A DNA stretch of 64,000 nucleotides from Leidyana gryllorum EB-2025a (taxonomy: Eukaryota; Protista; Apicomplexa), in the NCBI GenBank assembly GCA_048772705.1, contig JBLWGC010000042.1, positions 1-64,000 of the forward strand. The letters are read 5' to 3'. The notes beneath the pieces were generated by a model. That model saw only the letters and a list, made by a program, of their open reading frames with translations, was not told where the DNA came from and did not search any database. Position 1 is the stretch's first letter; the number at the start of each line of letters is the position of its first letter. The position numbers and the translations under genes were made by a program. Of this stretch, positions 16,499-28,263 are shown piece by piece.

Positions 16499-17145
16499 TT
16501 ATCGGTTGGCCTTGGCAACACGCTCGATTTCGTCCTTCTTCTTGATGGCATAAGAGTTCGAGCTCTCCTTGGCACAGTTCATGATTTCATCAGCCAAGCA
16601 CTCCGCCATGGTCTTGGTGGAGCGGAAGGCGGCCTGACGGGCGCCCTGAGTGATGAGGTAGATGGCCTGGTTGACGCGACGAAGAGGAGAGACATCAACA
16701 GCCTGTCTGCGGACAACACCAGCAGACCCGATACGGGTGGAGTCCTCACGGCACCCACCCTTGCGGACGGCATCAGCAACGATCTGGAGGGGGTTCTTGT
16801 CAGTCATCAGGTGGATGATGGCAAGAGCATCCTTGACGATGCGGATAGCCTTAATCTTCTTGCCGTTGTTTCTGCGAAAAGGAACACCATGTGTGGGCCA
16901 AATCACTGTAGAGAGCCATACCTGCCGTGCATCATGAGAGAGTTGACCAAACGCTCAACGATGGGGCACTGAGCCTTGCGGAAGCGCTTCTTCTGCCAGC
17001 GACCAGCGGTATGGGGAGTGTAGACCACAGCACGGCCTCGGTTGGCAATGTAGTCAGTGAGGGAAAGGTCACTGCACTCCACATCGGTGGAAGTGTACTT
17101 CCCGAAAAGACGAACGTCGGTCTCGTCGAAAGTGGCGGACTCCAT
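16499..17145 (-). CDS. RPS5: 40S ribosomal protein S5 (uS7)
   Basis: [24 protein letters not shown]|[43 protein letters not shown]. One coding intron ~16872-16920 and a 5'UTR intron 17146-17194. Confidence 0.98.
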
Positions 17146-17315
17146 CTGAAGATAACCACAATACGACAATATACCTTAAGATTCGGCTGCTTACCTCCTG
17201 TTTAGGCTCGCAGGCGCTTACAAAAAATTTAAAAACACCCAGAAACTGGGAACCCCATTCCGTTTTATTTCACCATCCTACTCGCTTCGCGGCATGCACG
17301 TGCATCCGAGCAGGG

Positions 17316-19932
17316 ATGGACACTAATCCCTTTGGAACATCAGCTGCAGCTAAAGCGGCTGTTGATGAGGCCTTGGCTCCAGCCAAACAAACCCCAACGC
17401 TTGCTAAAAAGGATAGTCAAACGGAGACACCAGCCCCAGAGTCAGCGCCCCATATTGCCTTACCCCCGGGCAGCTTACAGGCAGCCATCACCTCAGCAGG
17501 CCCCTTACTGGAACAGATAGGCGAGCAGATAGCACATCAGAGCGATACCACAAACAATGAGAACACAGTCGAGGCCAAAGAGATCACGCCCCCGAAAGCA
17601 CCTCAGCGACCGACAAAATCTGCTCCCAAACCTCCGCCCAAACAACCTTTAAAGTCGGCAGCGAAAGCAGCCAAGGCGAACGAGCCCACTGCTCGCCAGG
17701 TTACCTTTGAAGCCAAAGCGCCTACGGCTGCACCGGAGGAGATCGTCGCTTCACCCAAGGAACCTGTAGCTTTTGCAAAGGAGCCCATAGCTGCGGCAAA
17801 GGAACCGATCGCTGCGGCAAAGGAACCGATCGCTGCGGCAAAGGAACCGATCGCTGCGGCAAAGGAACCGATCGCTGCAGCAAAGGAACCGATCGCTGCG
17901 GCCAAGGAGCCTGCCGGTACAGCGAGAGAGACAGGACCAATGATTCAGACAGGGTCAATTCTGATGCGTGCCAATTCCCCACCCATCTATGATCGATTAG
18001 GATCTGATTCGTTACCCGCCTCCCCGATCTTTTTGGAGGTGCGAGGGGTGTTAGAATTAGTCAGAGCATTTGGCACAGATGGTATGATGATTGTACAGAG
18101 ATAGTTCAGGTCACATTCTTGGTGTTCGTAGGCGAGCCCATCGATGAGGGGGCGGTCGTTCGTAGTCTGTTTGCTGGACGCCGATTCCGCCGATCGGGAT
18201 CGTTGACAAAGGACGCGGGGCCAAAGAAAGGTACGGCAGAGACTCACTCATTTTGCCCGCACATACTCCTCCTATTGCTCTCAGAACCCTCGACGAAGAG
18301 CCAGCCTTCTATAGACTTCTCTGAACGCCGGAGAAGCTCAGGAGATCCCTTCTTGGAACATCTCAGAGAGTACAAAGCATCTGAACCGACCAAAAAGGGA
18401 TCACTGGAGCGCAGTCGATCTCTATTGTCCTCGCTCTTATCAAAGGGGCCCAAGAAGTCTCAGTCTCTACCGAAGCGGGGCGTGTCGAGCTTATTCAAAA
18501 GCGCTGCCAAAGCTTCTGGTGAGACTGGCCCGCCCAAAGCGGGGCCTCCGAGTCCGAAAGCCGGTCCTGAGGCAAAAGCCCCGGCCGAAGAGACATCTCC
18601 CGAAGATCAGGACAAGCCTCAAGACGGGGATGAGACTCCCAAGCAGTTCCCAGTCAAGCCGGCCCCCGCCAAGAAGGTGCCGAAGAAGATGCCCGATGAT
18701 GGTGTTGAGACCGCGAAACGGAGAGCAGAGGAGGCCAATGCGATAGCCAGAGCCGCGAAAGCGGCTGAAGCCGCAAAGGCGGAGGCAGAAGCAGAGGCTA
18801 AGAGGGCTGCCAAGGCAAAGGCCAATGCCCTTAAGCCCAGGGTACCAACTCGGTCGGCAACCTCACGGAGGTCTCCGAGTCCATCACCGCGGGTGGCCAT
18901 TGAGGCGAAACAAGAGCCTCCGGCTAAAGCTAAGCCGAAAAAGCGAATGCCAAGATACGGACCTCATGTGGCATTGACTGGGGTTGAGTTACGATATCAG
19001 CGGGTGCTCGATCGACTGAATCTGAAACGAGGTCGCAGTGGGCCAATCGTCAAGAACCGCGAAGTGAAACGTGCCGCCTCGGCTCGTCCGAAGCGTATGG
19101 GTACTAATGTCGATGAAGGTCTCAAGGCGATCGGAGCAATCCGGGGTGGCAATTTCGAGATGCTCCCAGAGAAGGAGAAGATCAAACTGATTCATGACGA
19201 GTTGGAGCAGGAAGCTCAGAAGCGTATGGGGCGAACACGGCGAAACTTGAAGCCCAGTGTACCGGGTTATCCGTCGAGACCCAAGGGAGACAAAGTGCAG
19301 GGCGCGACTCTGATTGTGCCGAGCTCTGACTCCGAAGCGGCAATGACGCCTGTGACACCGGGCACCGAAGCACTCGGTAAGTGGGGAAGACCGTTCAGCA
19401 TTCACATACTGATCACTCAGAAACATTCAAAGAGGCTCGCGAACAAGGAATGGGCATTCAGGAGGCTGCTAACAAAGCCGACAATGTTGTGCACACGCCG
19501 CCTCCCGCATCGGAAGCGGAAGGAGCGCCGCCTGAATCGAGCATTGCCGTCAGCGAAGCGATTAGTGCTGAAACTCATCCCATGACGAAAGAGAAGGAGA
19601 AAGAATGGCCGCTGCTGAAGGGAGTTATGCGTGCCCCATACGCCATGGAGCGTGAGATATTACCTCAGTCCAGAGACGCAGCCGCTCGTCGACAACAAGA
19701 AATGGTAATGCGGCGGTCGATTGAGGACAGTCTGAGACATGAGATGGAAACTGAAATTCGCCGAGCAGTGGCGGACGCCGAGCGTCGAACGGCGGCCAGA
19801 TTAACACAGGAGTACGACCTGCGGAATCGTTTGGAGGAGGTTGTCGTCTCAGAGCGACGTCGGCCGAGGAGGAACTTCTGTTCGACTTTGGTTCGCACCT
19901 GTTGCGAGTTTGAAGCTCCTCCTTCAAGATGA
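17316..19932 (+). CDS. Large Ala/Lys/Pro-rich repetitive and coiled-coil protein with a C-terminal Cys cluster (possibly cytoskeletal/pellicle-associated)
   Basis: Three long ORFs joined by predicted introns (~18082-18131, 18231-18284, 19377-19420); ends RNFCSTLVRTCCEFEAPPSR*. Confidence 0.6.
17757..17910 (+). repeat. Coding 21-bp tandem repeat, ~7 copies, encoding (A)KEPIAA
   Basis: GCTGCGGCAAAGGAACCGATC repeated with few substitutions. Confidence 0.95.
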
Positions 19933-19969
19933 GTGGCACAGTTTTTTTGGGTCGGCCGAAGTGGCCAAG

Positions 19970-21568
19970 ATGGGGAAGAACCGCCATCAGAAGGATAAAC
20001 TCTATCTAATTCCATCAGAATATGCTGAATTATGGGGTGGATGCAAAGCTGGGCAACGGAAGTATCCGTTTCGGTCATTGCCGTTCTACTGCTGTGGCCT
20101 AACATTGGTGCCGTTCAAAGACCCTGTGTGTGTCAAGGGCGGTGGAGGGATAGTGTTCGATAAGGCAGCAATTCTGAGTTGGTTGACCAAGTACAAGCAG
20201 AATCCAGTGACTGGCGAGCCTCTGAGTCGCAAAGATTTGATAGAACTGACATTCCACAAAAATGCCGACAATGAGTATCACTGTCCGGTCACCTATAAAG
20301 TCTTCAACGAGCACACTGACATAGTAGCTAATGCGAAAAGTGGCCACGTATATAGCAAAGACGCCATCGACGAAATATGTCGCAAGGGCAACACTTGGCT
20401 GGATTTGTTGACCGGAGAGAAGTTCAGTCCCAAAGATCTGATTACTATTCAAGACCCCCACAACTTTGACACTCGCAAGGTGGAACAATTCCACTTTGTC
20501 AAACAAGATTTGAGCGTCGACGAGTTCCGGTTAGGCGAGAACGACATCCAGCAGAAAGATGGCACTATCATTCAGAATTCCAGCGTCCTTCTGCGAGAAG
20601 CCCTGGAAACTGGCCTGGCAGCTGGAGAGAACCGCAAACGTATTCACCAGCAGTTGATGGGAGACATTGACCCAGAAGTACGAGAGGAACACGAGCGGTC
20701 GCGGAAGAAGAACAAACTCCATTCGCTCTACACAACCGCTGCTCAAGCCGCCTCTCTTACCTCCACAGTGGTCACAAAGAAAGTGGGCACTGAGTACCGA
20801 GAACTCACTGATGGAGAGGTCAGAGAAGAGTTATACCAGACTGTGCGAGCAAAGAAACTGAAATGGTACGTTGCTCTCTCCCAACACCTTTCTAATGACA
20901 TACAATCGCTCTCAGTCACGTGAAGCTGGTGACCTCGCTGGGGGCACTCAATTTGGAACTTCGATCCGATTTGGTCCCAGAGGCAGTCCACAACTTTATG
21001 CTCCATGCTAAGAATGGCTACTACGACACCACCATTTTCCACCGGTAAGTGGCTGTGACTCTCTCTCCACCTTCGACTCACGTCTTCGTCGTCTTTAGTC
21101 TCATCAGACGTTTCATGATTCAAGGTGGCGATCCAGAGGGCACCGGTAAGGGAGGCAAATGTGCCTTCCCAGGGCAACAGTACTTTGTGGACCAATTCCA
21201 CCCCGATCTGCGGCACAATAAAAGAGGCGTAGTGTCGATGGCCAACTCCGGTATGGACACGAATGGGTCTCAGTTCTTCATCACCTTTGGCCCTTGTGCC
21301 CATCTGGATGACAAACACACCGTCTTTGGCATGGGTGAGTGATCAGCTGATAGCGTGAAAAACTGGTCGTGCAGTCGTCGACGGATGGGAAGTCTTGTCC
21401 AAGTTGGAAGCCTTACCAACGGGGAAGAACGACAAGCCGGAGAATCCCCCTCGGATAGTTGGAGTCATAGTGTACACAGATGCATTCGCTGATGCCGACG
21501 CCATCATAAATGGTGTCAAACTGGACAAGGATTTGAGTGCCAAAGAGCTCAACGCAAAGGAGAAGTAA
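19970..21568 (+). CDS. PPIL2: RING/U-box-cyclophilin PPIL2 (Cyp60)
   Basis: [40 protein letters not shown]; cyclophilin FHR|[41 protein letters not shown]. The 3' end may extend to ~21635 through one more intron. Confidence 0.92.
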
Positions 21569-21717
21569 GTGGCTTTCAATCGGGTCGCCTCAGATTGTTA
21601 TTAATGCGCAGAGAAGCCTCATTGGACTTCATTAAATCACTCCAATAATTGTATTGTCTCGGAAAAAAATCGGCCGATTTTCGCCTGTAAACTTCTTTTC
21701 TGCTAGAGAGGCTCAGG

Positions 21718-22097
21718 ATGGCATCTGGTCAGGAGAAGCAACCGAAAAAGGAGCGGAAGCCCCGTGTGCGCTCCACCGCCACCACCAAGCGTGCCCCCGC
21801 CGCTTCCCGTAAGGCTACTCCCGTGGCCGTGCAGACCACTCGCACCAAAGTAAGCGACTCCAACATTATATACCGATATTTCACATCGCTCTTCAGCTCT
21901 GCCGTGAGGTCGTGAGAGAGGTTGCCGGTTTCGCTCCCTATGAGAAGCGTGTTATGGAGCTTATCAAGATCGGTTCCGCTTCCTCCCATAAGAGAGCCCT
22001 GAAGTTCTGCAAGAAGCGTCTCGGAACTCACCTCCGTGCCAAGAGAAAGCGCGATGACATGGTCAAGGCTGTTGCTGCCCAACGCCACCGTCACTAG
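21718..22097 (+). CDS. RPL36: 60S ribosomal protein L36 (eL36)
   Basis: [40 protein letters not shown]; intron 21850-21896. Confidence 0.95.
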
Positions 22098-22509
22098 ATG
22101 GTTTCTGCTTGCATCTGACTCAAACTGAAAATGCTCCTTTGTCTGAACTCCTAGCGAGCCAGAATTGCCAATTGGCCTCGGTGCGCCCAACAAAGTTACG
22201 CCTCTGTAGGAGGAGTGTAGAACTGACTGAATTTCTCCTCCGGTCTCCCTCTGCCGATCGACAGTTGTCGTCGTCGCCTATCGCAACACTCCCATCTCAA
22301 CATGGCCTTGCGACAGGCATCGTGCTGCTGGACTACCTCGCTCGCACTGTTGCGTTGCGGACTCACCAAGCTCAGAACGTAGTTAGCAGTACAGGAGAAC
22401 CAAGGAAGGCTCATTGATCAAAGTTAGAATTGTTAGACAAAACACTTAACCCAAAAAAGTTAATTCTTTTCTGGGCGCTCGGGTCTTTGATTCGTGTGGA
22501 GTTGGCAAT

Positions 22510-22914
22510 ATGGTGAGTGTGGGAGGCTGTAAACGTCAGAATACCGTTTGTAGGTGAACATCCCGAAGTCTCGGAAGACTTTCTGCCCCGGCAAACAGTG
22601 CCGCAAGCACCAAATGCACAAAGTCTCTCAATACAAGAAGGGCAAGGATTCCATCTTCACCCAGGGAAAGAGACGTTACGACAGAAAGCAGCAGGGTTTC
22701 GGAGGTCAAACCAAGCCCATCCAGCATAACAAGGTCAAGACCACCAAGAAGATTGTCCTCAAGCTCGAGTGCTCGGCTTGCAAGTATAAGCGGTAAGCAA
22801 TCAGATATATCTTGACGGGACCAATCTTCTCTTTTCAGCCTTCTTGCTATCAAGCGCTGCAAGACCTTCGAGCTCGGTGGCGAGAAGAAGTCTAAGGGAG
22901 GTCCATCTTATTAG
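22510..22914 (+). CDS. RPL44: 60S ribosomal protein L44/L36a (eL42)
   Basis: M|[47 protein letters not shown]|..[11 protein letters not shown]; two introns, the first right after the ATG. Confidence 0.97.
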
Positions 22915-23010
22915 GCGCCTCATGCTTGAGAATTATTTTTCTCCATGTCAATCCGCCTGCCACCCACCAACTAACATCGAAACTGACCCGATGAACATCA
23001 AGTACATCTC

Positions 23011-24635
23011 TCATTGGTCGTATTGGGCATAGATTTCCCGCGTAACCTGCTCGATATAGCGTATGTCGGCAGCAGTGGCCAAGTGATGGACCGGCATGAA
23101 AATCAGTCGTCGAAACTTCTCCTGGGCTATAGGTGCTCCCGGACTCTGTGGATCCGTCGGCTCTAGAATGCCCAACTGTGAGGTCGTCTGACTTGCCTCA
23201 ATCCCGTTCTGAAGATACAATCCCACCGTCAGTTCCCGTGTTAACTTCCTAGGAACGAATTGTGGACACAGCCAGATCGATGGGTGTGTACAATCCTCGC
23301 CTGGACTGGACACTTTGTACTCCCTAATACGCTTCAAATAGTCCTGAGAACGGGTGGTGTACAAACTTCCACAGAATAATCTTGTTGGGCCTTACCAGTG
23401 GTACACTTAACTGTTGTCTAAAACGAGCTGGATCGAAAGTTCGAGCCCGATACTCCATGGCACGCAGTAAAGCCACGCCTGGCCGTACTCGGAATCTACA
23501 AGTCCGTGACAGTACAAATTGGGGCCACTCGCCGTACCTGTGGAGGAAGTTGCCTTTGTTCGGGAAACCCCTTAGTTTCTCTGTGACTATGGGACGGTAG
23601 TCGAATCCCAGACGAGCGATCCAGACGAGCAACCGTGCCACAAGGCGTGTTTGGAAAAGAAGGAATAGGAATGCGAAGAACAACTTCTGAGCAAAGGTCC
23701 CTAATGATTGTTGAGGATATCTACTCTGTATCGCCAGCATCTGGCTGTAAATATCGCGATCGCGAACCATGGCTACTGCTCCCGATATACTTGTCTGATA
23801 CTTGATTTGCCCGAATGAAAAGAGTGCCAGATCGACTTGTGGATGACCACTATGTTGGAAATCCGCGAAAGCCTCGGCAGCGTCTTCCACCAAATGCAAC
23901 CTATTGGCGCGAGCAATGATGTGTGTGCAACCCCGTGTCTCCATCTACTCACTGGTTGACTCGACAAAAGTTCACCACCTCCTGCATGTCGTTACGCCGG
24001 CCGTAGATGTGAGCCGCCAATACGGCCACGGTCTGTGATTCGCAGTAGCGGCAGGACCGACTATTCTATCTCACTCACTCTGTCCGACAACTTGGCCTTG
24101 GCGTCTTCGAGATCAATACTGAGAGTGTTCCAGTTGACTTCGACTGGGATGACTCTCAAACCGTGGCCTCTGCAGTATCACATGCTGCTGGTCGCACTGG
24201 TGGTGTGTAACTCACTCGAAAATCTTCTTCATATCTGGGATGTTTATAGCAGACATGAGTACTTCGCTTCCAGTTGGATAACATTTCACTTGGAGATAGA
24301 GGTCCAAAGCAGTGCGAGCGGAGACGGTGATCAGTGCTGATCTTCTATCACGTCCATCGTGTGGAGCCCACTTGGCACAAATCTAAGGGCAGTGTGGTAT
24401 GCGAGAGCTGAGGAATCAGTACCTCTTGCAAGGCGTGAGAGTGTGACTTTCCCCAGACACACGCTATCGCCATACACATCCAATCCCACCACGATCCCAT
24501 CCATGCCAAAGCGTGGAGAGGGATTATTCGGAGGCTTCGACTCATTCTGATGCGATCAAAAGCTCGAACAAGGAGCATGAAGGCAAGAGGTAGTAGGTGC
24601 ACAGCACAACTGAGAATTGCACCTTTTGTCGACAT
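23011..24635 (-). CDS. DegT/DnrJ/EryC1/StrS-like PLP-dependent aminotransferase with an N-terminal hydrophobic segment
   Basis: Spliced exons give SARTALDLYL, GSEVLMSAINIPDM, VIPVEVN, AHIYG, LVEDAAEAF, LFSFGQIKYQT (PLP lysine), SGAVAMVRD; several short introns. Confidence 0.8.
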
Positions 24636-24729
24636 GTGCAACAGAATGATTCTCAATTGCCTCCTCGGCGGGAGTCAATTTTCAACAGTATAGTAGCATT
24701 CCCAGCAACATCCAAGCCGCGCTCCTTGG

Positions 24730-25593
24730 TCAACTGGAGTCTCTTGCCCGATATCTCACAGAGTGCCCCCACACCCTCTTCCTTTGCGAATAGCAGCCAA
24801 CGCTTTGGTGCTTGATTGGTGGTAGACTGCTCGGATGATGCGAGTTGACACCTACGATGCATACCTGAATATTGTACATTTCCATTGGAACCCCGAAAAC
24901 GTCCCCTCTATTCATTGAAACCCGACTAGGAGGCTTCTTGACTGGCCCATACAGACACGTCTGCGAGGTCCCTGGATGCGTCAGGAAGAAACACCCAGGC
25001 TCCGCGTTGACGGGGTCAGCAGAGCTCGCCGTCCTGCGGTTAAATGACACATAGACAAAGCCTGCAGACACAGTTGGTACTTACGCATAGTCATTCTCAG
25101 CCAATTGTACATCCGGAAGAATCTCGTAAACTGCTGACGGTGTTCTACGAGTACTGTTACGAATACTCTCCACCGTGATCTTAGCAGCCTCCTCGAAGCT
25201 TCGGGCCACCGCTTCCGTCATGGGAGCTGCGCCCTTCTCTGCAGGAGTCGATTTAGCTCGTTGTCCGCCACCAGCCGGATTTGTAACGGCCACACCCAAT
25301 CGCTTCTTTGCTCCAGCTCCTTCCAAAGTCGTCTGACGGATAGCTGCAGCAGCTGAGCTCAACCCCAAACGAGTGAGAGAGACGAAAGGGCATGGGACCA
25401 TTGACAAGAGACGAGATGGTAAATGCTCGTATGGGTTCGGCTCGTACTCATAGTCCAGTCGATTTGGATGCGCTAGCAGGAGGGCGGTCAGTGCTGCTTC
25501 AGCGTCCGTCTCGGGGTTCAAAAGGTCCTGAGCTGCAGTCGATGCAACCGTCCTCGACTCCGCCTCCTTCTGTTCCTCCTCCTGCCTCACCAT
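24730..25593 (-). CDS. Protein of unknown function (two exons)
   Basis: ORF 25081-25593 ends at a GTAAGT donor and continues into ORF 24730-25071. No family recognised. Confidence 0.5.
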
Positions 25594-25610
25594 ACCCTTT
25601 TTTTGACCAA

Positions 25611-27337
25611 ATGGCCCCTGACTTGCTGGCCCTTATTGAACGTCGGCTCTCCGCGGGCTGGCGTCCCGTCACTCCCGTACTGCAGCTCCTCGTTGGAACG
25701 CCTGGGTCCGGAAAATCGCATTATTTGAGAACACTCCGTGTCAAAGGGCGCCCGAGACTGCCGAGTCAGAAGACTACCTGGTTATATACACACTGCAGTT
25801 CCCTCATACTCTGCCGTGCGCGGGCCAAACCTATATCCGCCTTTGAAGATTGGTTGCGCACCATTGAAAAAGAGCGACGGCGAGTGGAAAGTGACGAGAA
25901 TGAGATTGTCTGTGCTATCTTTGATCAGTCAGAGGTGCTTCTGGACGCTGCACGCGTTGCCACAACTCCCACTGATCTCTCGTTGCAGGAGCTGGGCCAG
26001 ATGATCCGTGCCTATCTCAAAAGCTGGAGTGCGCAACGAGTGATCATAATCTGGGCATGTCAGTCTGACTCTCCTCAGAATGCTACAGAAAGCCTATTCG
26101 GCGTGCCACTGAGCCACGATCTGGTGTCAGAGGGATTATTACAGTCCCACACCATTCAATGCTCTCTGCAAACCCGCCTTGAGACCCTGAAAGCCTCTGC
26201 CGAAGCCCTCGATTTGCACAAGACGATTCTGCAAGAGAACCTGCTGACATGGCAACGGCGGATAGCATCCATGAACTTGTGGGAAGTGCAACGTGCGGTG
26301 CAGTTATTCTATCTAGAATCTCAAACACCAAGTCTTGGTGAAGATCAGCTGATAGCAGGCACACAGCACGTGTTGATGACCGCGCGCACCAGATTCGAGC
26401 TTCACATCCCTCCCTATAACTCCGGCAGAGAGAATACGGGCTCTCTGCAGCCGTTAGGACCCAAGCATTGCCCCATCACGGGATTGAAAGGTCTCGTGGG
26501 TCGAGATGACGAGGCCTCACAGCTCATGTCTCTCTTACGCGGGTCAGAAAGTCCACGACCGCTTGGAATTGAGATTATCGGACCAGGTAGGCATCTTGGC
26601 CCCAGAATTCACACAGAATGACGTCAGGGGGATCGTACTTTGTGAGGTGCTGCCTTCAAGAAATGCGGAGGCCCTTCATTGTCCTCACTGCAGCGGATAT
26701 ATTCAAGTCGTTGGTTGGGGCAACCGGGCGAATATTAGCCGATCTCACTTCGCTGCTCGCCAGATCACCAGACTGTGTCTTGATTTTCGAGCAGATGGAC
26801 CGGTGGGTGGAATCGGCTCATCCCGTCGACTTGAAAGCCTTCACCAACATGTTCTCTGACCTGGAGTGGGAGCTTCGGCAAAGTAGTCATGTGACCCCCG
26901 GTATTATTGGGTTGAGTAGCCGCGAAGGAGGAGTGGGAGAGCCTGCGCTCCGGCGGGCCTTCCCTCACCGCATCGTCCTCAAGCCAATGAGCCGACTTTT
27001 CTTACAGCAGCGAGACTTGCTGCAGCAGTATATTGACCTCTACTGTCGGGGCAGACTGGTCCAAAACGAGCATCTCGACAGCCAGAAATTGGACATCAAG
27101 GCGCCTCCGTGTCCAAACTCGTTTCTTAGTCCGGTGATCCAATCGGTGGTGGGTCCGAAGGGGAAAGTAGACGATCACTATGACCAGACGGGAAAGCTGC
27201 GAGAGGACAGTCCTGTCAGGGGATACATTGAGAACGATCTGTGGTTGAGGAATTGGGCAACGAGCTTAGAGCCTGCGGCTATTGTACGGAAGATTCAAAT
27301 AGTTTGCCTGGACAGTCTGACAATTTTTGGAGAGTGA
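25611..27337 (+). CDS. Highly divergent tandem (D1-D2) AAA+ ATPase-like protein
   Basis: D1 Walker A GTPGSGKS with Walker B-like AIFDQSE. After intron ~26587-26627, D2 has GIEIIGPG, LTAADIFKSLVGATGRIL, LIFEQMD, PALRRAF. Confidence 0.65.
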
Positions 27338-27361
27338 TACAAAGGAGGTCGGTCGGTGGCA

Positions 27362-28106
27362 ATGAGTGAGCAGCATACCCAGAGAGCAGCTCAACATCAC
27401 TATGTGATCCCCCAACAGGTGAACTTATCCCGCTGACTGGTTGGGGGCAAGCCTTTGCCAGTGTGCATCCTAATTATTGGGGTGGTCTTGGCATCACCAT
27501 CGCCATCACACTCTCCGTCATTGGGGCTGCTTGGTAAGAAGGGACCCTTGCACGCAAGCCAATGTCACCATCCATCCTGCAGGGGTATCTTCCTGACGGG
27601 CACCTCTCTCGTCGGTGCTGGGGTCCGATGTCCACGTATTCGTTCTAAGAATCTAGTTTCCATCATTTTCTGCGAAGCTGTTGCCATCTATGGAGTCATC
27701 ATGGCAATTCTGATGAATGGCAAGAATCACGCGGTACCTGATATGAGGCCCCATGGACAGCTGACTGGCAATGAAGCCGATGCAGTTGTCATGGGATGGG
27801 CTTTGTTTTGCACAGGCATCACCGTTGGTGTGAGCAATCTGGTCTGCGGGTAAGTCCGAATACTGGTGATACTACTAATTGTTGCTCAGAGTGTCTGTCG
27901 GCGTTGCTGGCAGTGGTTGCGCTCTCGGAGACGCCCAGCGACCGGAATTATTCGTTAAGATGCTCGTTGTCGAGATCTTTGCGTCTGCTTTGGGTAAGGA
28001 TCCCTATGAAGGCGACGCACGCACACACACTATTCCTGTACCTGCAGGGCTGTTCGGGATCATTGTTGGTATTGTCCAGTCTGGTGGCCAAATGCCCCAT
28101 TTCTGA
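27362..28106 (+). CDS. ATP6V0B: V-type ATPase V0 proteolipid subunit c'' (VMA16/ATP6V0B)
   Basis: LSVIGAAW|[43 protein letters not shown]|[35 protein letters not shown]; four introns. Confidence 0.95.
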
Positions 28107-28263
28107 TCGCAAAAGAGATAGATGTTGAGCGGAGAACGGACTGTAGACTGGCTTTGATTGCGCTTCATCATCTGTTGGAGCTTGACACCAGCGGAACGTG
28201 TCGCATAGTAAGCAAATAGACTATCAGTGTACCGTAAGTACATGTACGAATTCAAAAATGACA

